Source: the human T2T-CHM13v2.0 reference genome, Homo sapiens
Length of the DNA: 64,000 nt
Direction: 5' to 3' (one strand)
Assembly (NCBI RefSeq): GCF_009914755.1
Contig: NC_060927.1
Part shown: one piece after another, positions 28,214 to 41,401 of the stretch
Layout of the letters: each line of letters opens with the position of its first letter
Numbering within the stretch: the stretch's first letter is position 1
The notes under the pieces: model-generated
The model's input: only the letters and a program-made list of their open reading frames with translations
What the model was told of the DNA's origin: nothing
Databases searched by the model: none
Position numbers and translations under genes: made by a program

Positions 28214-31200
28214 AACTCTGCTTGTTATTAAAGTGTTTCTTACCAATTATTTCATTTTTATTAAAAGTACATAGTAGGAAATAGAGTTTTAGTTGGACAA
28301 GGACAACATGGTAAAGAGGAATTTGGAGTAGGAAGACTGTCACGTTAGTCACTGAATCCTACCTAGTTCACTTAGTTTTTTTTAGCCTGTTTTCACTTCT
28401 GCAAGCCATGGAGTGAAGAGTGCCTACTTCAGAGTCTTTGGTGCTCTCAAAGCAGCGTAATGTCTATAAAGTACCTATTGAGTGTGGTACTTCTTATGTA
28501 GTTGGCACACATTAAATGTTAAGTTTCTGATCACCTTAAGAGTCCATAACTCTTTGCTGGAGATCACCCTTAGTTCTTTTCTTTGTTAGGCCATTATCTC
28601 ATGTCCTGTTTACACTGTCCCCTTGGATTGGCCTAGACCTGCAGCGTTTGTGTATTGGTCACCCCAGATTTCATGTTTCCTGAATAATTAATAGCCTCAA
28701 CATTTCTAATTTTGCATAATGACTCCCAAGGCCTAACTACAAACATCATAATGTGCTCATGTTTTCTGATACCTGGAAATATAGTGGCTCTAGGAACAAA
28801 ACCTTTATCCACTGTGTTTCATGGGGAAGGCTTATTGGGCATCACTACTGGAAAGTAAGTGTTGATTTTAATGGCAAGACTAGTCCAGGGGTGAATTCTA
28901 CTCAGGTGCCATTAGCAACCTCTTCATCTGTAAATGGAAGTGTCTCTGGGACCTGCTCAGCTCTGACCTGCTTTGGGTCCTTTTTGGACTTCTTCAGGAT
29001 GAGATCACCTCACCGTGGTTCAATGCCAACTGGTTTGAGTTATATCAGTTATTAAAAATGATCTAATGTTTTCCTTTTAAATCTGAGGCCCTGGCTCATT
29101 CTATGATTAAGCCAGTGATTTATTTATAATATAGTGTGAGATGGCTGCAGCCACTCTATGATGTAATCTAAGAATGACATGAAAACAAAATAGGTTTTTA
29201 CATAATGAAAGTATTCCTGTAATACAGTTTATAGCAAGGCTTTTTCCCCCCATTGAGAATGGAGATATATTCTTTACTTTTCCTTCTACTCCTGTTTAAA
29301 TCTTCTTTTACCATTTATTACACTTAAGGCCTTTAAGTCAATTTTTAAAAATCAGCATTTACAACTCCACAAAGTCTCTGGTTACTCTTTTAATCTTGTC
29401 ATTTTCTTCGCTCCCAATCCCCACTGCCACCCTCCATGGCCTCTGTGTGTAGCCGCTGCTCACCCCCTGCTCAGCACTCCAGAGTCCTCACCATTCCTCT
29501 GCTTATGCTGTTTCTTCTGCTGGAATGCTCACCCCAATCCTAACTTTTCTTCTGCTAAAGGCATACTTCACTGGTTCCCACAAATAGCATCCTTCTGTAG
29601 CCTGCTCAAATGCACATCTTCCTTTAAGCCTCCTGTGTTGCTCCTTCCCCTTGTTAGAAACCCGTTATCTGTACTCTTATGGAACTTAGTGTAATAGCAA
29701 ACCCCCACCCCTGCTCCAAGGGCTATTCACAGACTGTCAGAGTTAGGGAGGAGAAATGACTTAGAGGAATGGGGTAAGGGGTTTTGATAGTTCCCGGTCT
29801 GCTCCTAATAGTGAGACCCGGGCAGTCAGTCATGGCTCATCTTTGTGGTTCAGTTTTTCTCAGCTGAGGAATGAGTGGTTTGGATTTTATTTCACATGGC
29901 CAAATGATGTGTTGGTAGTGGTTCCTTGAGGTGCTGTGCTGAGAAGGACTCTGAGGCTGCATCCTGACTCAGCTAATGATCACTTAGGAATATCGCCATG
30001 GGAGTGGAGAGTGAAAGCATATGAGAGGTATCTGAGCTGCTTTTGGACTAGGTGATTTAAATGTCTCTTTTTGTTCTACCTTCTGGATGCTTTGATTTAC
30101 TGACTTGTGAAGTGTCTTGCCCAAGATCACGTAGCCCATTAAGTTTTAGAAGCTGATTCTCTGACACAGAGATGGTTAAAAGCTACACATTTGACTCTCA
30201 CATTCATACACGTAGGCTGGCTGTGGGAGATGAAAAGCTAGAATAAGAAGTTCTAGAAGATCCATGACTTATTGAAAACACAAGACTACTCAAACTCTGT
30301 ATGTCTTTGAGGTTGAGTGAGGTCACTTTTCACCTCTTTGTCTTCTTTGCTTCCTAGGAGTTATGATGTCCCCACTATTCAAATTTATGTCAAAGATGGC
30401 AGTTCAAGGTCAAGGTCAGAAAGGCAGGTGATCCTGCCAGGGTCTTAATTGGATCAGCCTTACCCCATGAATCCATTAGATCTCCTGTTCCCCTTCTTCC
30501 AACTCCAGACAAAATGCTTAGCTCTCTGCAAAAAGCCCAATTGCATGAGCAGTAGGTCAGCTCAGCAACCAGGTGATTGAACACTGGGACAAGAATAAAG
30601 GAAGGAAAGGAAGAGGGCATTTTAGGATGGCTGAAGGTGCTGGAAACTTGAACCCTAGAGGAATGAAGAAGGAACTGGAAGTGCTTAGTGTAAAGAAGAA
30701 ATAAAGGGGCAGGAGGAGGAGAGAGCAGAGCAGGTGGTGCTGTCCTGGGTCTCTGCTGTGGAACGGGTGCAAACTCACTTTTTGGGACCTCTGGAAGAGT
30801 TCTGGCAGCAGTGGGTTGGAAGCAAGAGATAGATAGTGTGAGAATGTTGATGTTTTCTCAATGTTTATGGAAAATGCTTAATGTTTTAATATTAAGAGCA
30901 AACCACAGATGGAATGTGTGTTTCAGGAGGTCGAAGTTCACAATCACTGCAGATGTCTAGGTGGGGTTGATGCAGTTAGGTATTTTCTATTTTAGGTATT
31001 TTGTGGTGGGGATAAAATGTTATACATGATGACTTTTAAGGTCCTCCCTGTCTTAAGAGTCTAGAGTTTTTTTAGACATGTTTTTGTGTACATTTAAATA
31101 ATTTCCATTTTAAAATGAAGGCTCTTTGGAGTAAAGTGATTGTTCCTTTCTCCATAATCTTGGCACATGTAAGTGCTGACTTACCTTGGGCAATCTCTTC

Positions 31201-31574
31201 TCCACTTAGCATTATTGAAGGAAAGGAGACTAACTGAGGATGTCTTAGAATTTTTTGTACTGAATGTATTTTTGAAGATGATTTGTACGTTTCTTTTCAG
31301 GGTAGTTCCAGGGAAGTCTCTTCTTTAGGCCTCCTCCAACCACCATCCCCTATTGTCAATGATTGGCTGTTTTTGTACTACCAGAATGCTTTGTGTATAC
31401 ATCCAATAAAGCATTCATGCCACTTCAGTCTGCTGTATAAGCCTGTTTTCACAATCTTTCTTCTCCTCTAGATTGTAGAAGCTCCTTGAGGGCATGAATT
31501 ATGTCTTTTTCCATAGGAAGTCCCATGTCATCTAGTATAATAGTTTGCAAATAGTAATAATGATGACTCATTAA

Positions 31575-32045
31575 CTCGAGCGTTTACTGAACACCTACTA
31601 TTTGCTAGACACTATTCCAGGTGATGGGACTAGAACAAATGTTAAAAAAAAGACAGAAAAATTAATGAGTAAATATGTAATATTTACATTGTGATCTATT
31701 AGGTTGGTGCAAAAGTAATTGTGATTTCTGCCATTACTTTTAATGGCAAAAGCCGCAATTACATTTACACCAACCTAAATATATTAAGAAGAAAAATAAT
31801 TGAGGTTAAAGGCATGAAGAGTAGGGAGGACACAAATGTAAATTCACTGGCCTGAGAAGGTCTTGATGGTAAGAGTATATGTGAATGGAGACCTGAATGA
31901 AACGAGGTAGCAAGCCAGAGATGTGTGGGTGGGATGGACTGGAGGAAGAGTGTGTAGAACTGACTGAAAGCAAATGCAAATAACCTGACCTGAAGCATGC
32001 TGGGGACATGCCGGAAAAGTGAAGAGGACAGTGTGGCTAGAGTGA
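31575..32045 (-). mobile_element. L2 fragment interrupted by MADE1
   Basis: tttactgaacacctactatttgctagacact..., ggagacctgaatgaaacgagg..., ggaggaagagtgtgtag are reverse L2 features. Confidence 0.65.
31699..31778. mobile_element. MADE1 (Hsmar1-derived 80-bp palindromic MITE)
   Basis: ttaggttggtgcaaaagtaattg...caattacatttacaccaacctaa; 38-nt arms with 4-nt spacer; TA target on the left. Confidence 0.95.
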
Positions 32046-32098
32046 AGTGTGTAAAAGTGGTCATGCATGCCAAATAAAAATAGTTGCAACAACCAGTA

Positions 32099-34512
32099 AG
32101 ACATACATGAGAGATATTGTGGGTTCAGTTGCAGACCACCACCGCAATAAAACAAATATTGCAGTGAAGCGAGTCACACAAAATTATTGGTTCCCAGTGC
32201 ATATGAAATTTATGTTTACACTATACTGTAGTCTCTTAAGTGTGAAATAGCATTATGTCTAAAAATACAGTATACATACCTTAATTAAAACTTTTATTGC
32301 TAAAATATGCTAGCAATTATCTGAACTTTCAGTGAGTCCTGCTTTTGCTGATGGAGGGTCTTGCCATGATGCTAATGACTACTGACTGATCAGAGTGGTG
32401 GTTGGTGAAAGTTGGGGTGGCTGTGGCAATTTCTGAAAGTGAGACAACAATAAAGTTTGCCACATTGATTGACTCTGCAGAGAAAGAGTGATATCAAGCT
32501 GTATCACTTCTCTGTAGCATGTGATAATGCATAATATCATTTTACCTTCAAGAAAACTTCTTTCAAAATTGGAGTCAGGCCTCTCAAACTTTGGATCTGC
32601 TTTATCCATTAAGTTTATGAAATATTTGATATACTTTTTTTTTTGTTGTCATTCAACGATGCTCACAGCATCTTCACCAGGGGTAATTTCCATCTCAGGA
32701 AACCATTTTCTCTGTTCATCCATAAGAAGCCCCTCCTTATCCATTCAAGTTTAAACAAAGGATTACAGCAACACAGTTGCATCTTCATTCCACTTCTAAT
32801 TCTAGTTCTCTTGCTATTTTCACCACATCCTCAGTTATTTCCTCCACTGGTCTTGAACCACTCAAAGTCACCCATGAGGATTGGAATAAATTTCTTCCAA
32901 TCTCCTGTTAATGCTGATATTTTGACCTTCTCTTATGAATCACAAATGTTCTTAATGGCATCTAGAATGGTGAATCCTTTTTAGAAAGTTTTCAATTTAC
33001 TTTGTCCGCATTCATCTGAGGAATCATTATCTATGGCAGCTAGAGCCATATGAAATGTATTTTTTTAAATAATCAGACTTGAAAGTTGAAATTACTCCTT
33101 GATCCATGGGCTGCAGAATGGATGTTGTGTTAGCAGACAAGAAAACAACATTAATCTCTTTGTATATCTCCATCAGAGATCTTGTGTGACCAGGTATGAG
33201 AAGAAATATTTTGAAAGGAATCTTTTTTTTTTCCCTCTTTTCTGAGCAGTAGGTAACAGTGGGCTTAAAATATTCTGTAAACCATGCTGGAAACAGTGCT
33301 TTCATCCAGGCTTTGTCATTCCATTTATAGAGCACAGGCAGAGTAGATTCAGCATAATTCTTAAGGACCCTAAGATTTTCAGAATGGTAAATGAGCATTT
33401 GCTTCAACTTAAAGTCACCAGCCACATTAGCCTCTAACAAGAGAGTTACCCTGTCCTTTGAAGCTTTGAAGCCAGGTATTGATTTCTTTTCTCTACTTCT
33501 GAAAGTCCTGGATGGCATCTTCTTTCAATATAAGCCTGTTTCATCTACAATGAAAATCTGTTGTTTAGTATTTACCTTCGTCAGTGATCTTAGCTTGATC
33601 TTCTGGATAACTTGCTGCAGCTTCTCCATCAGCACTTACTGCTTTTCCTTGCACTTTTATGTTATGGAGACCTAGTTTTTCCTTAAACCTCAGGAACCAA
33701 TCTCTGCTAGCTTCAGATTTTTCTTCTGTAGTTTCCTCACTTCTTTTTGCCTTCATAGAATTGAACAGAGTTAGGGCCTTGCTCTGGATTAGGCTTTGAC
33801 TTAAAGGGAATTTTGTGGCTGGTTTGATCTTCTATCCAGATCACTCCAACTTTCTTCATCTCAGCAATAAGGTTGTTTCACTTTCTTATCATTCATGTGT
33901 TCACTGGAATAGCACTTTTAATTTCCTTTATGAACTTTTTTTTTTTTGGTATGCACATCTTGGCTGTTTGGCACAAGAGGCCTAGCTTTTGGCCTCTCTT
34001 GGCTTTTGACATGCCTTCCTCACTAAACTTAACCATTTCTAGCTTTTGATTAAAGTGAGAGATGTGCTACTCTTCCTTTCACTTGAACACTTCGAAACCA
34101 TTGTAGGGTTATTAATTGGCCTAATTTCAGTATTAGTGTGGGAGATGGGAGGGTCCAAGGAGAGACGTGGGAATGGCTGGTCAGTGGAGCAGTCAGAACA
34201 CACCTATTTATTGATCAAGTTTGCCATCTCATATGGCCATGATTTGTGATACCCCAAAATAATTATGATAGTCACATCGAATATCACTGATCACAGATCA
34301 CCATAATACATATAATAATAATGAAAAAGTTTGAAACATTGTGATAGTTACCAAAAGGTGACACAGAGCCATGAAATGAGCACATGCTGTTGGAAAAATT
34401 GTACCTAAAGACTTGCTTGATACACAGCTGCCTCCACAAATCTTCTATTTGTAAAAAACACAGTATTTGCCAACTACAATAAAGTGAAGTGCAATAAAAC
34501 AAGATATGCCTT
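32099..34512 (-). mobile_element. Near full-length Tigger1 DNA transposon (about 2.4 kb)
   Basis: Degenerate TIRs at both ends (agacatacatgagagatattg... / ...gcaataaaacaagatatgcct) with TA flanks; internal pogo-family transposase remnants. Confidence 0.95.
33027..33756 (-). pseudogene. Disrupted Tigger1 transposase remnant (CENP-B-like HTH end plus DDE domain)
   Basis: ORFs 33565-33756 ([10 protein letters not shown]) and 33027-33518 ([19 protein letters not shown]...QPMDQGVI) are broken by a frameshift and a stop (IVDETGLY*KKMPSR). Confidence 0.9.
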
Positions 34513-35499
34513 TATTAGTTAAGTACACATTGAAGATGCTCAGGAAAAAATAAATTGCTTTTGTGATTCAAAGAATCCACATAAATCTAACAAAAGAATG
34601 ACAAAACATATTTCTGTTTTTCAGCTCTAAGAGATGGGGGCACTGGATCAGGAGCAGGATGGTAGTGGTGTGCAGCTTTGAACAAGTCCAGTTGCCGTGG
34701 GGTTTCCCTCCATGGCAGAGGGCTCTCCACTCCGTTTCTCTGCCCCTGCGGCAGGCACACCTGCAGGGATGCCTGGGCCCTGGGTGCAGATGGGCAATCG
34801 TAAGCCTAATCACCCATTCAGGCACACACTTACTTGTTTTCCACATGCAAATATGGCCTTTTTGCGGATGAATTTAATACAGTTGTTGCTTCCTCATTTT
34901 ATTTAAAACAAAACAAATGGCCAACCATGTCAGTTGAGGGTAGCAAATAGAAACATGAGTATTATGGTCTTTGCTGTTTGTGTCGATTACACGGCTGAAA
35001 GGAATCCCAGGCAAATCAGTCTTTTCTGTGCTCAATTTTATTTTTACTTTATATCACCTTTTCTTACTATCGCTATTGGTTTTAACAAAATTTTTAAAGA
35101 GGGCTATCACATTCCTTTCTCTTAATCATTTTATCAATATTTCAGGCTCCTTAGTTCTATTTTGTGGTTTCTACCTTTGACATTTTTAGTTTCTGAACTT
35201 GGGGCCCATTGTTCAAAGAAAGGCATTATGGAGTCTCCAAAAGCCATTGGCAGGTGGTGTCTGTGACTTCCTTAGCCTGGAAATAAACAAATAAACAAGC
35301 ACAAATTAGAAGTCTTTGCCCTATTACTGCACTATTAGTATTGATTGCGCAACATCATGCAAAAAGTCACTTTAATTTATCTGGCAGGTCCTATGTAAAC
35401 ACCAATACAGTCAAGAGGGCTTGGATGGGTATTTGCTTTCATTTCTAATGAAATTTCAGGCCTCTAGGGTAGGATATCAAAATTGGTAGATCATTTGCA

Positions 35500-35640
35500 A
35501 TTTATTTTATCCCAAACACCTCACTTTACAGTCAGAGAAACTGAGGCCCAGAGAAGTAAAATGAGTTGCTCAAGGTCTCAGAGAGCAAGAAATAGAGATG
35601 GGACTTGAGCACCTAGATCTCTGGTATTGCTGTCCTGTAG
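35500..35640 (-). mobile_element. MIR fragment
   Basis: cactttacagtcagagaaactgaggcccagagaagtaaaatgagttgctcaaggtc. Confidence 0.75.
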
Positions 35641-35899
35641 TTCATGGAGCTGGCAGATGGATACATCTGTGACCTGGGATGATGGAGAGACTGCTGGACC
35701 CTTCAGAGGATCTCATCTCAAGGTGGGGTTTATGTGTAAATGATATCTGTGTGTTTCATTTTCCTTTCATAAACTAATTTAAAAATCCTTTTGGTATCAA
35801 ATTTTAAGCCAAAAAGTAGTGAGGGGGAACATGGGTAGGAATAGCTTACAGCTTGCCTAACAAGGTTGTTGACTGCATAAGAGTCAGGAGTTTTGGGTA

Positions 35900-35902
<3 letters not shown>

Positions 35903-35946
<44 letters not shown>

Positions 35947-35960
35947 CAGAGAGAGAAAGA
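35903..35960 (+). repeat. (GT)17 followed by (GA)n compound microsatellite
   Basis: Direct reading. Confidence 0.97.
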
Positions 35961-38069
35961 GGTAAAGAGGAACAAATGAAGAGGGAGAGGTCAGATTGTT
36001 TGACAGTAGCAACTTCATAGGCACAGAATTTCTGAGTTGGAAGGAAGTCTTATACGTACTGAATTTGACTGCTTTATTTTGTAGGGAAGGAAACTGATGT
36101 GCCTAGAGTAGTTGAGAGCTTTATTCAAACTCATTCCACTGTTATTGAGTAGTTAGGATATTAGACCAGCAACATATTTGGGTAGAAACTTTCATATAAA
36201 AAAGCGTAATCATAACTATCCAATCATGTCAACTAGTAAGGCTGCTCAGGTGGGATAACACATCAACCTTCTTTGGGATTCTTCCCTCAGACATGGTTTT
36301 GGTGGGAGGAGCATGGCAAGGGAGGGGCGAGCTCCAAATGCAGGGCTGCTCTGTCCTCGGCGACCTGAGCAGACACACGAGCAGAGATCAGAGACACTCT
36401 TAGTGAATGAACCTCCCTATTGGCTATATTAAAGTAATGCTCTGAAAAAGTTCCGTGTGGAGAGCAAGGCCAGTTAGGGAACATTTTGTGGATCTTTTAT
36501 ATGTCCTTAACTATATGATTCTTTTATTTTTAAATGAAAAATGTTAAGATGTTACGGGGTATGTATGCATAGTCTAAAGTGATGATTTTAGAGGTAGCAA
36601 GACAGTGAGAATGTCCCTACATGTGAAATGGGCACAGTTTTATCAGGGAAGTGTCAATAGAGGGTTAATGTTCCACGTAGTGGCTGCAAGAATGATAAGT
36701 GGTCATGGGGATAGCCTGACACTCTAGGAGCAGAAGGTGGTGGGTATGGATAGAACTACTGATATAGCATGAATCCAACCTGCTGTTATCTGCGCAGGCC
36801 TCTCTGCAGCTGTTTGCCCTGAAGTACATGCTGTACGTTTCTCCAGCTGATCCTGCATGACTGGGTATAAACGCCTGTCCGCTGTGTGCTGGACAGCCCC
36901 AGACACCCTCGGCAGCCTGCTGTGTTTGTGTGAGACATGCTGTGTTAGGGATTTAAGCATCTCCCTACTCGTTCCTCATCTTTTTCTCTTCTCTTCCTTC
37001 TAATCTCCTTTCATCTTTCCCTTTGGGGGAGAAAAAGTCATCAGAGTTGTTTGAAGGTTCATTTATGTTGATTTGTTTTTATTTTGAAGCTAATTTGTTT
37101 CCTGCTTGTATCTGTAACTGATGTACTTCATGTGAGACCGTGTTATAATATACTTGAGTTCTCCTTGGCCCTCTGATTTCTTTTCTTTTTTTCTTTTACT
37201 GAAAAATAAAAGATTTCCTTCTCTCTTCAGACCTACAGCTTTCTCATCTACATGGACAACCTATTTTTAAAGAATCTTCAGAGAGTCGTTGACTTTGTTA
37301 TAACTACTACTATATACGTAATTTCAGATGATAGAATTGAAAATTTAACTTGTTTTTCTAGAAAGAGTTTATTTTCCCTATAACTTCAAAGAGTAATGGT
37401 GGGGAGTAGGACATTCTGAAAATAAGAAGAAACATGTCAAATGAATTTCTGACTTCCAGCTAGGCATATGGAATAAAGGTCTTTATTCCAGTGACCTCTG
37501 CTCATTGGAAAACTTTGGGCTGGTAGATTTCATGATTCTGACGCTGTATGTCCTCTTGAGTTACAGTGAGTGATGAGGCCAAATCGCAGGGTGGATGATG
37601 TGCTTTTTTTGGGCTAATAGGTGTTAAGGAGGCATGCTGTCCTTTGGCGTTAAGACAGATCATTTCCTCAGTTGGGTAATGTTTAAGGAATCCACTAAAT
37701 CCTTAAATATATGGCACACATAAGGAATGCAGAGCTTTTAGACACTCAGCCTTAACATGGGTTATTTTTTAGCATGGCTAATGGCTAAACTTGATTTCTA
37801 CTGGGTTTGTTCAACCTATTTCTAACTTATAGGTAAAAGCCTGCTTTTTATCCTCTCCATCCTCATCACCTTTTTAGTTGTGTCTCTGCTTGATTCTTCT
37901 TGCATTCAGGTCTATATTGTATTATAAAAAGAAAGAGAGAGACAGAGAGAGAGAGAGAGAAGGAAAAGAAGAAGGAAAAAAAAACCACACACATTGAATG
38001 GGAAGGCAGGAGAGTAGAGCTCTGACCCCAGCTCTGTCATAGCCACCTGTGTGACTATTTGCAAGCATT

Positions 38070-38190
38070 TTCATCCATTCAACAAATACACACCAGGTAC
38101 TGGAGATACAAAACTGTGAAAGACACGGTTCTTACCCTCACCACTTACAGTCAGGAGTAGAGAGTTAGGTACACAAATAGAATGTGAAAT
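38070..38190 (-). mobile_element. L2 3' end fragment
   Basis: tcatccattcaacaaataca...ccaggtactggagatacaaaactgtgaaagacacggttcttaccctc. Confidence 0.65.
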
Positions 38191-39408
38191 CACTTCTCCT
38201 TTCTGGGTCTTCATTTTACAAATGCAAGAGCCAGAACTGGGCCAGGTGATCATCAAGGTCCCTTCTGAGGCTAACATGCCATCATTCATGCAAAATTCAT
38301 TAAACATCTGATAATCACTTACCTAAGTGAAAATTAGCAAACATTTCCCCTTTCTCCTTAGTTTGTAGGGGATGATATTGAAGACGAATGAGGCGATGTC
38401 TACAAAATGCTTTAATAAGCAAGTTGGAGAAAGAGATTATGTAAGTTTGAGGCATTATGATTAATGAAAAATGAAAACAAGGGCTGATGTTTTCAGAGAG
38501 AGAACAGATGGTTCCTTTGTTCAGAATTTGAGTATAAAAAAGAGAGGAAGAAAAGATACTTGCTATATTGTTTAGGCCCTGAATGTGAGTAACTTTAAAA
38601 TGCCAAAACAATCTGGTTAGGAAAGTCCCATAGATTCAAAATAGCTCTTACAGTGATCAAACTATAATTAATATAACAAAAAAAAGACAGAAAAATACTA
38701 ATAAGAAATGCCACAGTGACAGCTGACACAACCTGACAAAAACTCCTATTTTTACAACAACTCTAGAAACTTGATTTTTTCTGTTCTCAGGAGTTATACC
38801 ACACTGTAAAACAAACTAGTGAGAACCGATTTAAAACTGTTTCTACCGTTCCCCCTACCCCTCAGGTTATTTTAGTTTCCCATGACTCATAAAGGAAATC
38901 TTCAGGATTCACAAGAAATTGGCAATTCTTTTCCATCTTTGCTGTTGAGTATTGATAGGAAAACAGCATAGTTTGGGGCAATTTAAGTAGAGAACAAACC
39001 TCCGGGGGCTTGGGGTGGTGTCTCAGAAGGCCGGATCTGGGAAGGGCCTTTGAAAAGCTTGCACGGAAAGCTGCGAAATAAATCGTTTCTTTTTCTCTTT
39101 CTTTACGTTCTAAAATCTCGTGATCTGTTTCTACAATACACAGGCTAATTGATGTTATCCTTTTGGCATGATTCTTGCTGTCCTGGGGTCTATCACTTGC
39201 AGGCTATGAGAATGAGGCCATAGACCACCACACTGGCAGCACTGAGCAAAAGGTGCTAGACCCTTCTGAGTTCAGGTGCTGTGTAACTGGTGCTGTGATT
39301 GGACAGGGTGACTAACCTCAGTCTCTCTGGGTGTAATTTCTTCACTGTGGAAAGAGGAGGCTAACTAGAAAGTTCACTCTGACACTAATCTGAGTTCAGG
39401 TCCACATC

Positions 39409-39729
39409 TTTTTTTTTAATTAATTATTTTATTTTTAAAATTTTTATTTTTTTGAGACAGAGTCTCGCTCTGTCGCGCAGGCTGGAGAGTAGAGGCACAA
39501 TCTCTGCTCACCACAACCTCCACTTCCCGGGTTCAAGCGATTCTCCTGCCTCAGCCTCCTGAGTAGCTTACAGGTGCCCGTCACCACGCCCGGCTAATTT
39601 TTGTATTTTTAGTAGAGGTGGGGTTTCACCGTGTTGTGCAGGCTGGTCTCGAACTCCTGGCCTTAAGATATCTGCCTGCCTCGGCCTGCCAAAGTTCTGG
39701 GATTATAGAAGTGAGCCACTGCGCCCAGC
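39409..39729 (-). mobile_element. Alu (AluS-type)
   Basis: Two arms in reverse with AT-rich tail. Confidence 0.95.
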
Positions 39730-40634
39730 GCACATACAATTGTAGGAAGGCTGAGAATGGCTTTTAATTTGGGAGCGTTTAAAAGCAAACATGCTTCCTC
39801 AAGACAACAGTAACAAAAAATTGACATCGTTGAGGTGGGAACTTCTTTAATGCTACCTGAGCCTCTTGCTGAAATGGTTCTATGCAGTTTTGCATAGCTA
39901 GGAGTGGTAAGCTCATTCACAGACATGGAAGAGGCAGAGTGGGCTTAGGGAGAGGCACCAGTCTAGTGGTCCAACTTGGGTTCTGGGTTCCAGTCCTGCT
40001 TCTGCTACTAACCCCATGAGACCTTGGAATGCCCATCTCTAAGGTTTCTTTCAGAGCTGAATCACTGTTTGGTCTGTGATTCATCAAAGCAATTAGAAGA
40101 CTATGCCTCTCCTTCAAGACCAAGACTTTGGTCAGAATACTCCCTAGGGACTTTCTCACTGTGTGTGGCACTCTTCTCTATTAGACGCTTTATTCATTCT
40201 CCATTGTATTAGAGTCAAAAGTATGATTGTTTGTTGTAGAGGTGCCTTTTCCGTGTCATCTCTGATAATCTACCCCTCTCTCTCTGAGTAACCTAGGCTT
40301 TTAAAACACATCTCCTTTGGCTTAATCACACTGCCTGGTGTCTACTCAGCATTATGTGTTTGTTGTCTGCCCTGAACTGTGAACTCAGCCATGTCCTGCT
40401 CATTTCTGAAGCCTCAGCATGTACATCGGTATCTGGTTCATGGTAGATTTTCAATGAATCTGAGTGAATGAATGATGGATGAATGATTTTGTATCTCCTT
40501 ACTAGGCATATGTTCCTTGAGGGCATGGACCGTGTCTAATGGGTGGCTACCTAGTGTCTCATTCTTGGTCCGTTGTTAGTGGTGATTTTTGTCCTCTTCT
40601 TTGCACTCATCATTCTAGGCTTGTATTAGGGTAA

Positions 40635-40950
<316 letters not shown>

Positions 40951-41266
40951 TTGTTTGCTTTTAAACAGTTTGTGGGCAGGGATGGTATTTTCTTATGATT
41001 CTATTCCTCACAGATCCTGGCCCAGAGCCATTAGCAGAGAAAATTCTCAGTAGATGTTTGCTGACCTAAACTTCATTCCACCACCTTTGCCTTCCTTTTG
41101 CCTTTTCACCTCCTCTTAGAAGGTACCTTATATGATAATGTCACCTATGCAATAAAGACCACAAAGTAAATTTAATAAAATAGAAGGCATGCTTCCCTCT
41201 TTTCTAACCCCACACTTTTTTTTTTTTAAGATCAAAATAACGTTGCATTTGTGTGTGCCCTGCTTT

Positions 41267-41401
41267 TATTTATTTATTTCTTTTGTAGACACGAGGTCTC
41301 ACTATGTTGCCCAGGCTCTCTCCAACTACTGAGCTCGGTGATCCTCCCACCTCGGCCTTCCAAAGTGCTAAGATTATAGGTGTGAGACACCACACCCAGC
41401 C
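41267..41401 (-). mobile_element. FLAM_C-like Alu monomer
   Basis: Single arm; TSD gccctgcttt on both sides. Confidence 0.85.

Noticed and set aside
33027-33518. 163-aa transposase-like ORF as a domesticated TIGD-like gene
   Set aside because: Lies within a TIR-bounded Tigger1 copy with an upstream stop, frameshifts and a damaged catalytic motif
36724-36960. 78-aa minus-strand ORF in GC-richer unique sequence
   Set aside because: No recognisable domain, splice structure or codon evidence; length is within chance expectation
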